A stretch of 64,000 nucleotides of DNA. Origin: Tidjanibacter sp. (GTDB lineage: Bacteria > Bacteroidota > Bacteroidia > Bacteroidales > Rikenellaceae). Below the pieces are notes generated by a model. The model searched no databases and had not been told where the DNA came from. It worked only from the letters and a program-made list of their open reading frames with translations. A program made the translations under genes and the position numbers. This document shows positions 52,280 through 60,632 of this stretch, in pieces. The stretch spans positions 4,419-68,418 of the forward strand of contig JAGBTK010000041.1 of assembly GCA_017631375.1 (NCBI GenBank). Reading direction: 5' to 3'. Position 1 is the stretch's first letter, and each line of letters opens with the position of its first letter.

Positions 52280-53128
52280 GTGAAGCGCTTAAATCTTCTT
52301 GTGGCGATATGTTCGCTACTCTTTTCCGTCACATCTACAACTCTCTCGGCTCAGATGCCTCAGAATATGAAGAGTTATTGGGGAGAAGTGGTCTTTAATA
52401 ATGACGATCTGACCATACGACAGATTGATGAACATACTTGGGTGGGCTCTGGCAAGATGATGTCGAGCGAGGCTATCTATATCATTGAAGGCAAAAAGAG
52501 CGCTATATTGCTTGACGCAGGTACCCGCATTGCCGACCTCGACAAAATTGTTGCGCAGATTACCGATAAGCCCGTAACACTCGTGGCAACCCACCTCCAT
52601 CCCGACCATACAGGCTCTGCTATCAACTATTTCCCCGAGATTTGGATTGGTAGTGGCGATGAGAAGAGTGAGCCCCAATATCTTGGCAACTATAAGGGCA
52701 AGGTAAACTATCTTACAGAGGGTCAGATTTGGGATCTCGGAGGCCGTAAGTTGGAGGTTGTCTACACCCCTGGTCATACAGGCGGCTCGATTACTCTGAT
52801 TGACAAGGAGGCTGGCTATGGTTTTAGTGGTGACGCATTTGGCTCGGGTAATCTATTGCTATTTACTGACTTCTCGACCCTGATTGCTACTTGCGAGAAG
52901 ATGAGTGCCAAGATGGAGAAAGATGGTGTCGAGTATCTCTTCCCCGGCCACTTCTTTGGCGTAAATGTGGAGACCGTTCAGCGACTCAAAGACCAGATTG
53001 AGGTTAGTCGCGGTGTACTTTCGGGTGAGCTGAAGGGTGGTGCTTCGCGTCCCGGTGGTGTTGGTGGTAAGTACACCATCACCAAGTATGGTTTTAACAT
53101 CGTCTATGATGATGCACAGTTGAAATAA
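52280..53128 (+). CDS. Secreted MBL-fold metallo-hydrolase
   Basis: Sec signal peptide, LDAG, THLHPDH, TPGHT, SGDA, PGH; GTG start. Confidence 0.85.
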   Translation: MKRLNLLVAICSLLFSVTSTTLSAQMPQNMKSYWGEVVFNNDDLTIRQIDEHTWVGSGKMMSSEAIYIIEGKKSAILLDAGTRIADLDKIVAQITDKPVTLVATHLHPDHTGSAINYFPEIWIGSGDEKSEPQYLGNYKGKVNYLTEGQIWDLGGRKLEVVYTPGHTGGSITLIDKEAGYGFSGDAFGSGNLLLFTDFSTLIATCEKMSAKMEKDGVEYLFPGHFFGVNVETVQRLKDQIEVSRGVLSGELKGGASRPGGVGGKYTITKYGFNIVYDDAQLK

Positions 53129-53153
53129 TTTCTACCCAATTACATATTAGTTT

Positions 53154-54527
53154 ATGACAAAAATCAGCGAAAAAGTAGAGAGCCTTCTGAATAAAAAGGT
53201 ATCTCGTCGCTCTGCACTGAAAGCGATGGCTCTCGGCGGTGTTGCTATGGCTGGTGGCTCGCTGCTCTCCTCGTGTGGAGGTGAGAAGAAGACTGAGGCA
53301 ACCACTGCTACCCCCGAAGGACTTAAAGAGGGTAAGGTGACAATGCGCACAAACCCAAAAAATGGTGATGATATCTCACTGCTCGGCTTTGGCTGTATGC
53401 GTTTCCCGACCCTGAGTAATGGTCGAATCAATGAGGAACTCACGCAGCAGATGATTGACTACGCCTACGAGCACGGTATCAACTACTACGACACTGCCTG
53501 GATGTATCACGGTGGTGACTCGCAGCGTGTGATTGGCAACTGTCTGCGTAAATATCCCCGCGAGAGCTACTTCCTGGCAAACAAGATGCCTCCTTCGGCA
53601 CAAAATTTGGCAGACGCAAAGCGTATCTTCCAAGAGCAACTCGACCTTTGCGGAGTGGAGTATTTCGACTACTATCTGCTCCACAATCTCCAGCGTCAAA
53701 GCCAGTGGGATGACTTCTATGTGGCTCAGGGTGTTTACGACTATCTGTTAGAGGAGAAAAAGGCTGGTCGTATTCGTCGCCTCGGCTTCTCGTTCCACGG
53801 TAGCCCCGAACTGATGGAGTATCTGTTGAATCAGCCTGTCGATTGGGAGTTTATCCAGATTCAGATGAACTATCTTGATTGGGAGGACCCAAATATGCAG
53901 GCTCGTGAGCTGTACGAGATGATTGCCGCCAAGGATATTCCTATCGTAGTTATGGAGCCTATCCGTGGTGGTGCACTTGCCTCGATGGGTGAGCGATTGG
54001 TAGAGATGATGACCGAGGAGCGTCCTGAACTCAGCCCTGCCGGTATGGCACTCAGTTTCTGCGCTACCTATCCTGCAATTATGTGTGTGCTGAGTGGTAT
54101 GACCGCTATGGAGCACGTTGTGGAGAACGTAAATACCTTTATCGATTTTGAGCCTCTGAGCCAGAAGGCAAACGATACTCTCTTGGAGGTGGCTCGTCTG
54201 CACAAGGCCAATCCCTCGATTGGATGTACCCAGTGCGAGTACTGTATGCCTTGCCCCTACGGTATTGATATCCCGCACATCTTCCAGATATATGACCGCA
54301 CAAGTCAGGAGCTCAACCTGCCCGACCCCAATGGTCCGCACGACAAGGAATTTATGCGCAAACGCAGACTCTTCCTCAACCGCTACAAGAATACCATTGC
54401 CGAGCGTGCAACGGCAGAGTTCTGTATCAATTGCGGACAGTGCGAGCCCGCTTGTCCACAGCGCATTCGTATCCCTCGCCAGCTCGACCGTATCGAGAGT
54501 CTTGTTAAACAACTTAAACATATCTAA
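53154..54527 (+). CDS. Aldo/keto reductase with Tat-lipoprotein signal and C-terminal 2x[4Fe-4S] domain
   Basis: SRRSALK...LSSC; LGFGCMRFP, YYDTAWMY, DYYLLH, GFSFH, MEPIRGG; CTQCEYCMPCP, CINCGQCEPACP. Confidence 0.88.
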   Translation: MTKISEKVESLLNKKVSRRSALKAMALGGVAMAGGSLLSSCGGEKKTEATTATPEGLKEGKVTMRTNPKNGDDISLLGFGCMRFPTLSNGRINEELTQQMIDYAYEHGINYYDTAWMYHGGDSQRVIGNCLRKYPRESYFLANKMPPSAQNLADAKRIFQEQLDLCGVEYFDYYLLHNLQRQSQWDDFYVAQGVYDYLLEEKKAGRIRRLGFSFHGSPELMEYLLNQPVDWEFIQIQMNYLDWEDPNMQARELYEMIAAKDIPIVVMEPIRGGALASMGERLVEMMTEERPELSPAGMALSFCATYPAIMCVLSGMTAMEHVVENVNTFIDFEPLSQKANDTLLEVARLHKANPSIGCTQCEYCMPCPYGIDIPHIFQIYDRTSQELNLPDPNGPHDKEFMRKRRLFLNRYKNTIAERATAEFCINCGQCEPACPQRIRIPRQLDRIESLVKQLKHI

Positions 54528-54541
54528 CCCGTAGAGATATT

Positions 54542-56095
54542 ATGTCAGCAAAGAAGAAAGTTCAGAAATCGTGGCTCCGCAGAGGTCGTATCCTTTTGGC
54601 TATCTGCTCGTTTGTGATGCTCACAATGCTCTTTGTAGCCCTCTCGGGTACGAAGATGTTTGCCTTTATGGCTAAGGCGCAGTTTATTCCTGCACTCCTT
54701 GCAGGTAACTTCCTTGTGGTTGCCCTTGTGGCAATTGTTACCCTTATTTTTGGTCGTATCTATTGCTCGGTGGTATGTCCGTTGGGTCTGTTTCAGGACC
54801 TCTTCAATTGGCTCACTAAGCGACTTGGTGGTAAGAAACAGGCACGACGCTTTGAGTACTCCGAGCCTAAAAGTATTCTTCGCTACTCGGTGTTGGGCGT
54901 ATTTGCTTTGCTGCTTGTCTTTGGTGTGGCAGGCATTGCTGCCCTGATTGAGCCTTATAGTGCATTTGGCCGTATGATGACCGACCTGATGCAGCCTGCT
55001 GCTACGGGTGTGAACAACCTGCTCGCCTCGATGTTCAGTGATAGTTTTGGCCGTGAGCCTTTTGTGGCTATCAATGCTGTGGCTTTGTCAGTGTCGATTA
55101 TAACTTTTATTGTGGTGGCTCTTTTGGCTTGTCGTAGCGGTCGTACTTGGTGTAACACAATCTGCCCTGTGGGTACTCTGCTTGGCTGCGCTGCAAAGGT
55201 TGCTCCCTTTAAGGTGCGTATCGATGAGAGTAAGTGTGTTAGTTGCGGATTGTGTGGCAAGATGTGCAAGAGTTCCTGCATCGACACCAAGAATAAGAAG
55301 ATTGACTACTCGCGCTGTGTTGATTGTTTCGACTGCATAGAGAACTGCTCGGTAGGTGCTATCAAGTTTACTACTGCATCTGCTATCGCTAAGGCGGAGG
55401 CTAAGGCTGATGATAAACCCGCAGAGGGTGGGGTGGAGGATGGCTCGCGCCGTCGCTTTATCGCTACTGCTCTGGCTACAGGCGTGGCTATCCCTGCTGC
55501 TTGGGCTGCTAAGAAGACCGACGATGTGGCTGCGGCTGTTAGCGAGAAGAAACCCTCGGAGCGAAAAGTTGCCGTGTCGCCTTACGGCTCACTGAGTCAT
55601 AAGCACCTCAACGACCACTGTACTTCGTGCCACTTGTGCGTAAGTAAGTGCCCGAATAATGTGTTGCGTCCTGCGCTGGGTGAGTATGGCCTTGCGGGTG
55701 TTATGCAGCCCGTGATGGACTACTCGCGTGGCTATTGTGACTATGAGTGTACTACCTGTATGGATGTCTGCCCTGCCGGTGCGCTGAAGCCTCTCTCGCT
55801 GGACGAGAAACATGGCACTCAGATTGGTATTGCAGTGTTTAATAAGGATTTGTGTGTGGTTAGTGAGAGTAGCCACGCCTGCGGTAACTGTGCAGCTCAC
55901 TGTCCTGCTGGTGCTATCCGTATGGTGCCCGACTATACTGCTCCGCTTGCCAATCCTCGCGGAAACCAGCGTTATAAACTCTTCCCGCAGATTGAGGAGG
56001 CACTCTGTATTGGTTGCGGTGCTTGTGAATATCACTGTCCCGCAAAACCCTTTGCCGCTATCCACGTCGAGGGTTTAGAGGTGCATAAAGCATAG
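54542..56095 (+). CDS. Membrane polyferredoxin (NapH/MauN-like N-terminus + NapG/MauM-like C-terminus)
   Basis: GRIYCSVVCPLG, WCNTICPVG, about six CxxCxxCxxxC(P)-type motifs, internal SRRRFI plus hydrophobic stretch. Confidence 0.85.
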   Translation: MSAKKKVQKSWLRRGRILLAICSFVMLTMLFVALSGTKMFAFMAKAQFIPALLAGNFLVVALVAIVTLIFGRIYCSVVCPLGLFQDLFNWLTKRLGGKKQARRFEYSEPKSILRYSVLGVFALLLVFGVAGIAALIEPYSAFGRMMTDLMQPAATGVNNLLASMFSDSFGREPFVAINAVALSVSIITFIVVALLACRSGRTWCNTICPVGTLLGCAAKVAPFKVRIDESKCVSCGLCGKMCKSSCIDTKNKKIDYSRCVDCFDCIENCSVGAIKFTTASAIAKAEAKADDKPAEGGVEDGSRRRFIATALATGVAIPAAWAAKKTDDVAAAVSEKKPSERKVAVSPYGSLSHKHLNDHCTSCHLCVSKCPNNVLRPALGEYGLAGVMQPVMDYSRGYCDYECTTCMDVCPAGALKPLSLDEKHGTQIGIAVFNKDLCVVSESSHACGNCAAHCPAGAIRMVPDYTAPLANPRGNQRYKLFPQIEEALCIGCGACEYHCPAKPFAAIHVEGLEVHKA

Positions 56096-56111
56096 ATGTA
56101 CTTACTATAAT

Positions 56112-56147
56112 AAACTAAGGCCAGCCCGTTGGGGTTGGCCTTAGTTT
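56112..56147. terminator. Bidirectional terminator (redox operon / tRNA-Pro)
   Basis: AAACTAAGGCCAGCCC...GGGTTGGCCTTAGTTT. Confidence 0.8.
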
Positions 56148-56150
56148 TTG

Positions 56151-56225
56151 TCGGGATACCGAGATTCGAACTCGGGACCTCCAACTCCCGAAGCTGGCGC
56201 GCTAACCGGACTGCGCTACATCCCG
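56151..56225 (-). tRNA. tRNA-Pro(CGG)
   Basis: Cloverleaf CGGGATG..., anticodon arm CCAGC-TTCGGGA-GTTGG, GTTCGAATC T-loop; CCA not encoded; TATCTTTG upstream (56253-56246). Confidence 0.96.
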
Positions 56226-56375
56226 ATTGCTTTTGTAAAGCACTGCAAAGATAATAAATTATCCGTAGAGCAAAAATTTTCGCTCCAAAATTTATCTGCA
56301 CTCCCTCTACACCTATTATATAATATATCAGCCCGCTTCTGTCGGAGAAAAAAATGTAAAAAAATGGGGCAATTA

Positions 56376-56402
56376 TGTTACATTTGTAGGTAGTTAGTCG
56401 TC
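56376..56402 (+). promoter_or_regulatory. Candidate ECF-sigma promoter
   Basis: TGTTAC-N17-CGTC upstream of the ECF sigma gene. Confidence 0.45.
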
Positions 56403-56440
56403 TATATTGTGAAACCCAGCCGAAAAATGGAGAAAACAAG

Positions 56441-56938
56441 ATGAATCAGAGAGAGTTTTCAGAGAAGTTGCTACCGATGAAGCAACTCATTTTTCGGTAT
56501 GCCTTAGGGCTTGTGGGTTCTCGGGAGGAGGCAGAGGATATTACACAAGATGTCTATGCCAAACTATGGGAGAGATGCGAGGAACTCGATATGGTCAGCA
56601 ATCTGCAAGGCTATGTGCTAGGCACGACGCGAAATCTCGCACTCGACCGCATAAAGCGACGACGACGGTTTGACCAGAGGGTGGAGGTGATGCGTCATGA
56701 AGAGCGAGTTAGTCGCCAGCCCGACGGATTCGACATCAAAGAACTATTAGCTCAGGTAGTGGCAACCCTCCCCGATAAACAACAGACAATCTTCCACCTG
56801 CGCGATGTGGAGGGCAAAGAGATGACCGATATAGCCGCCACGGTTGGTGTAGATGAGCCTACGGTAAGAGTGTTACTCAGTCGAGCGCGAAAGACAATTA
56901 GAGAAGAGATGCAAAAAATAATGAACTATGGAGTTTAA
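56441..56938 (+). CDS. ECF RNA polymerase sigma factor
   Basis: AEDITQDVYAKLW (region 2); LPDKQQTIFHLRDVEG..IA..VRVLLSRARK (region 4). Confidence 0.93.
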   Translation: MNQREFSEKLLPMKQLIFRYALGLVGSREEAEDITQDVYAKLWERCEELDMVSNLQGYVLGTTRNLALDRIKRRRRFDQRVEVMRHEERVSRQPDGFDIKELLAQVVATLPDKQQTIFHLRDVEGKEMTDIAATVGVDEPTVRVLLSRARKTIREEMQKIMNYGV

Positions 56939-57491
56939 TTTGGATTTTCAGGATATGAATGTGGAGCAGGTTGTAACCGACCACTTCGACGACAATCGCA
57001 CTACCGATGCGGAGGATATGGTGGTGTGGTGCCGCGAGTTGCTCGACAGGTATTACGAGGGTGCTACCACCCTTGCTGAGGAGTCATTGCTCCGTCGCTT
57101 CCTCTCCACCGCCAAGAATCTGCCGGAGGATCTGCAGGCTGAGGCTGCTCTCTTTGGTGGCGCGGTGTCGCTTCGTGAGGAGAGTACCGATATTGAGGTG
57201 TTGCCTTTCAAGCGTCAGAGCCGCCTATCGCAAATCCTGCGTACTCGTTGGGTGTCAGCCATCTCGGTTGCTGCAGTGGCGTGTATGGCACTTATGGCCG
57301 GACTCAATGCCGATAAGACCTATGGCTATATCAACGGCACTCCAATCAAGGATAGTGACTTTGCTGTAGAGCAGGTGCACGTGGCAATGGCCTATGTGAC
57401 TGATGCTCTGGGTCAGGTGCGTGCCCCTGCAGAGAGTGCCCGCGAGTCGATGGAGCAGCTTGACAAGGTTATTAATATGTTTCGCAAATAA
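56928..57491 (+). CDS. Probable single-pass anti-sigma factor
   Basis: Overlaps the sigma stop; LLDRYYEGATTLAEE N-terminal motif, one TM segment, GYING periplasmic motif. Confidence 0.65.
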   Translation: MEFNLDFQDMNVEQVVTDHFDDNRTTDAEDMVVWCRELLDRYYEGATTLAEESLLRRFLSTAKNLPEDLQAEAALFGGAVSLREESTDIEVLPFKRQSRLSQILRTRWVSAISVAAVACMALMAGLNADKTYGYINGTPIKDSDFAVEQVHVAMAYVTDALGQVRAPAESARESMEQLDKVINMFRK

Positions 57492-57508
57492 TTGAAAAAC
57501 AGATAACT

Positions 57509-58462
57509 ATGAACACCAAATCGTTTAACTCAAAAAAGGATGAATTTATGAAGAATTTTAGACATTTTGCCTCTGTGGGGGTAAGGAAGGTAGAGAAAGC
57601 GAAAGTATCTGACGCTTTCAAATGTTTTGCCCTTGCAACACTTATGATGGTGGCAGGGGTTGGTACTCTCTCTGCGCAGGAGTATAAAGTAAATACCTAT
57701 GAGAATAGTTTCAGTCTCTCCGATTCTGAAGGTGATAGTGTGATGAGTATCCGCACTACCGACCAGCGCGATGGCTTGAAACTTAGCGTTGCAGGTGTGG
57801 AGCTTAATCTCCGTCCCTCGTCAACAATTAATAATGCTCCCGTATATAAGAAGGCTAAGAATATCGACCACATTGCGTTGCTTGAGTATGGTATTCCTAT
57901 GCTATCGCTGCACAATGCCGCTCTTTTTAATGACGCATCGTTTGAGCGCATTACCGATCTTAACTATACGCAGTCAAATCAGCTGAATTTGAACATTACA
58001 GACGCATATCTTCCCTTTGCTCGTGATAATAGTGTGGGTTTGACAGGTCGTATTGTGATGTCGTGGGTAAACTATGTCTTCAATGATTTTACTCTCGGTC
58101 GTGACGGTAGTTCGGTAACTATACTACCTGTACCTGAAAATACTAAGAAGTCGAAACTTACTACTTGGGCTGTTCGTGTTCCCGTAGAGTTGCAGTTTAC
58201 TATCGGCAATAATTTCTTTGTTAATGCCGGTGTCTATGGTGGCTTGGTTCTGGGTAGCCATACTAAATATAAATTCGGCAAGGATGATAAGGTGAAGCAG
58301 GATTTCTCGGTCAATCCTATTGAGGGTGGTCTGACTGTTCGTGCGGGCTATGGCAAATGGTATGCCTACTGCAACTACTCGCTTACCGATCTCTTTAAGA
58401 CAACTACTCAGCCAGGAGTGAGAACCCTTACCTTTGGTGTAGCAACAGGTCTTTTTGACTAA
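57509..58462 (+). CDS. Outer-membrane beta-barrel protein
   Basis: Signal-like segment; KKSKLT..VPV, G..G..L.SHTKYK, RAGYG; exact start uncertain. Confidence 0.7.
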   Translation: MNTKSFNSKKDEFMKNFRHFASVGVRKVEKAKVSDAFKCFALATLMMVAGVGTLSAQEYKVNTYENSFSLSDSEGDSVMSIRTTDQRDGLKLSVAGVELNLRPSSTINNAPVYKKAKNIDHIALLEYGIPMLSLHNAALFNDASFERITDLNYTQSNQLNLNITDAYLPFARDNSVGLTGRIVMSWVNYVFNDFTLGRDGSSVTILPVPENTKKSKLTTWAVRVPVELQFTIGNNFFVNAGVYGGLVLGSHTKYKFGKDDKVKQDFSVNPIEGGLTVRAGYGKWYAYCNYSLTDLFKTTTQPGVRTLTFGVATGLFD

Positions 58463-58482
58463 CCCTAAATACCTTTACTACT

Positions 58483-58959
58483 ATGAAACGATTTTATATA
58501 TTTTGGGTTGTGGTGTTGATGTGCTTGTTTAGCAATGTTCACCAGGCGCAGGCGCAGACTCCCGAATTTAAAAAGTTTATGGAGGCTTATACGGGTGTTG
58601 AGAGTATTACCGTTATGGATGTCTCCTCTGCAATGCTCCGTATGGCAGGATTTGGAGCCAACGATAAGGACGCCAAAGAACTTCTCAGCCAGCTTAACCG
58701 CTTGGTGGTTATCACCAACGAAAATGGCTTTGCAGGTCTGGCTTTAGAGTTAGAGAAGGTTTTCCAGAAAGGCGAATATGAGGTACTGACCTCAATTACT
58801 GAGGGTGGCTCTAAGACTAAAATTTGTGTTAAGTCCGGATCGCGAGGTGAGAATGAACTTGTGGTGCTCAATACGAGTGGCAAAAAGACGGTTATTGTCT
58901 GTGTGGTTGGAAAGCTCTCGGTCGATCAGATGATGAATATCAGTAGTGGGTTGTTGTAG
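58483..58959 (+). CDS. DUF4252-like secreted protein
   Basis: Signal peptide; IT.MDVSSAML, YEVLTSI, ELVVL..IVCVVGKL; usual partner of this ECF module. Confidence 0.72.
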   Translation: MKRFYIFWVVVLMCLFSNVHQAQAQTPEFKKFMEAYTGVESITVMDVSSAMLRMAGFGANDKDAKELLSQLNRLVVITNENGFAGLALELEKVFQKGEYEVLTSITEGGSKTKICVKSGSRGENELVVLNTSGKKTVIVCVVGKLSVDQMMNISSGLL

Positions 58960-59015
58960 CACTTGCCGAAAAATACTATTATGTAGTTAAATAAAGAAGA
59001 TGATTTTTAGTTGTG

Positions 59016-59050
59016 AAGAGGGGTCTTGAGTTATCAGGACTCCTCTTTTT
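59016..59050 (+). terminator. Terminator of the ECF operon
   Basis: AAGAGGGGTCTTGA...TCAGGACTCCTCTT followed by a T-run. Confidence 0.75.
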
Positions 59051-59169
59051 GTGTGCTTTTGGGGTGGTGCGAGTGAAGATTTTGCGAGAAACAAACTTTT
59101 TTTGGTAAAAAAATCACAAAAACTATTGCAGATAAAAAATTTTATATTACTTTTGCAATGAAAACAAAA

Positions 59170-59184
59170 TTGTAATGATTACAA
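59170..59184. promoter_or_regulatory. Per/Fur-type 7-1-7 operator
   Basis: Perfect TTGTAAT-G-ATTACAA, downstream of TACTTTTG (59148-59155). Confidence 0.72.
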
Positions 59185-59189
59185 CTACT

Positions 59190-59591
59190 ATGATAGTAGC
59201 AAGACAATATCTCGAATCTCATGGCATCCGACCCTCGCAGCAGCGAATAGCGGTGATGCATTACTTGCTCACTCATCGCACGCATCCGAGTGTGGATGAG
59301 ATTTATGAGGGGTTGAAGGGTGAGTACTCGACTCTGTCCAAGACTACTGTTTATAACACCCTCAAAGCCTTGTCGGAGAGTGGGGCAGTTTTGACGCTCA
59401 ACATTGCGGGTACGATGGCAAACTACGATGGTTATGTTTCGCCGCACGCACACTTCCTCTGCACAAAGTGTAACAAAATTTACGATGTTGAGTTGGCTCA
59501 CACAGAGTTGTTAGGCAAGAAGTTGCCAGAGGGAGCAAAGATTGATGACATACAATTATACTACAAAGGCATTTGTGGTCGTTGTAGATAG
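59190..59591 (+). CDS. Fur family regulator, PerR-like
   Basis: HPSVDEIY, TVYNTL, HAHFLCTKC, GICGRC; start moved to ATG 59190 because ATG 59175 lies inside the operator. Confidence 0.88.
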   Translation: MIVARQYLESHGIRPSQQRIAVMHYLLTHRTHPSVDEIYEGLKGEYSTLSKTTVYNTLKALSESGAVLTLNIAGTMANYDGYVSPHAHFLCTKCNKIYDVELAHTELLGKKLPEGAKIDDIQLYYKGICGRCR

Positions 59592-59651
59592 CAGAAAAGA
59601 GAAACATTAAAATTAACAATAATTAACTAATCTTCTAAAACACACAAAATT

Positions 59652-60197
59652 ATGAAAAAGTTCAAATGCACCGTATGCGGTTATATTCACGAAGGCGATA
59701 GCGCACCCGAGAAATGTCCTCTTTGCAAGGTTCCTGCTGAGAAGTTTGTAGAGTTGGAGGAGAGTGCTGAGATTTCGTTTGTTGACGAGCACAAGCTTGG
59801 CGTAGGTAAGAGCGCAAGTACTGAGATTATCCAGGGTCTGAACGATCACTTTATGGGTGAGTGCACCGAGGTAGGTATGTACTTGGCTATGAGCCGTCAG
59901 GCAGACCGTGAGGGTTATCCTGAGATTGCTGAGGCCTTCAAGCGTTACGCTTGGGAGGAGGCAGAGCACGCTGCAAAGTTTGCTGAGTTGCTGGGCGATG
60001 TAGTATGGGATACCAAGACCAACCTCTACAAGCGTATGATGGCTGAGAGCGGTGCTTGCGAGGATAAACTCCGCATTGCAACCCTGGCAAAGCAGGAGAA
60101 TCAGGATGCTATCCACGACACTGTTCACGAGATGGCAAAAGATGAGGCCCGTCACGGCAAGGGCTTCCAGGGTCTTTATAACAGATATTTCAAGTAA
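59652..60197 (+). CDS. Reverse rubrerythrin / NADH peroxidase
   Basis: N-terminal rubredoxin CTVC..CPLC; diiron ligands GECTE, EEAEHA, DEARH. Confidence 0.9.
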   Translation: MKKFKCTVCGYIHEGDSAPEKCPLCKVPAEKFVELEESAEISFVDEHKLGVGKSASTEIIQGLNDHFMGECTEVGMYLAMSRQADREGYPEIAEAFKRYAWEEAEHAAKFAELLGDVVWDTKTNLYKRMMAESGACEDKLRIATLAKQENQDAIHDTVHEMAKDEARHGKGFQGLYNRYFK

Positions 60198-60240
60198 GCC
60201 GAAATAGATACTTTTTAATAGCAAATTGGGTTATAGTTGG

Positions 60241-60270
60241 TCAGGGCGACTCCGAGAGGAATCGCCCTGA
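60241..60270 (+). terminator. Hairpin after the rubrerythrin gene
   Basis: TCAGGGCGACTCC-GAGA-GGAATCGCCCTGA. Confidence 0.65.
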
Positions 60271-60299
60271 TGTCTTTTGAATTCAAAATTCAAGATTGT

Positions 60300-60337
60300 A
60301 AACCTGAGAAGAACTCGATGTTCTTCTCAGGTTTTTT
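60300..60337 (+). terminator. Second strong terminator hairpin
   Basis: AAACCTGAGAAGAAC-TCGAT-GTTCTTCTCAGGTTT followed by TTT. Confidence 0.75.
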
Positions 60338-60341
60338 GATA

Positions 60342-60380
60342 GGAATTATGGGAGTAATGGGAATTTAGGGAGTTTAGGGA
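60342..60380. repeat. Degenerate 9-bp tandem repeat (GGARTWWWG x4)
   Basis: GGAATTATG GGAGTAATG GGAATTTAG GGAGTTTAG GGA. Confidence 0.8.
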
Positions 60381-60451
60381 CAAGTTTTAAATTAAACTCT
60401 TTGGGTAACAACTGGGTTTCTCGGGTTTAGGGAATACCCTCGTAGAGGGTG

Positions 60452-60520
60452 CAAATAAAAGAGAGATATGGGGCTGCCGAATTAATTCGAGCAGAACATA
60501 TCTCTCTTTTGTTTGTAATA
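60452..60520 (-). ncRNA. Candidate small hairpin RNA
   Basis: TAACTTTG -7 element (60532-60525) directly followed by a 64-nt hairpin with a 14-bp perfect stem ending in a U-rich tract; no ORF. Confidence 0.35.
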
Positions 60521-60574
60521 ACTGCAAAGTTATTCCTAAATCCGCAAACTAAATAGCACAAAAGTTTTTGCGGA

Positions 60575-60619
60575 GCTTTTTACAAAAAGCGACAAATCAA
60601 AAATGCTTTTTACAAAAAG
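60575..60619. repeat. Two copies of a 15-bp near-palindromic motif
   Basis: GCTTTTTACAAAAAG at 60575-60589 and 60605-60619 (30-bp period). Confidence 0.8.
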
Positions 60620-60632
60620 TGGCTAATATCTC

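Noticed and set aside
56032-56439. Small ORFs across the tRNA genes (56032-56439, 56148-56393, 61441-61668, 61534-61761)
   Set aside because: They overlap clear tRNA cloverleafs and promoters and are spurious.
60364-60432. TTTAGGG telomere-like heptamers
   Set aside because: The period is 9 bp, not 7, and the context is bacterial intergenic DNA; the match is coincidental.
60575-60619. Direct repeat as a mini-CRISPR
   Set aside because: Only two 15-bp copies with a 15-bp spacer and no cas genes; the PD-(D/E)XK protein in the window is AddB-like, not a stand-alone Cas4.
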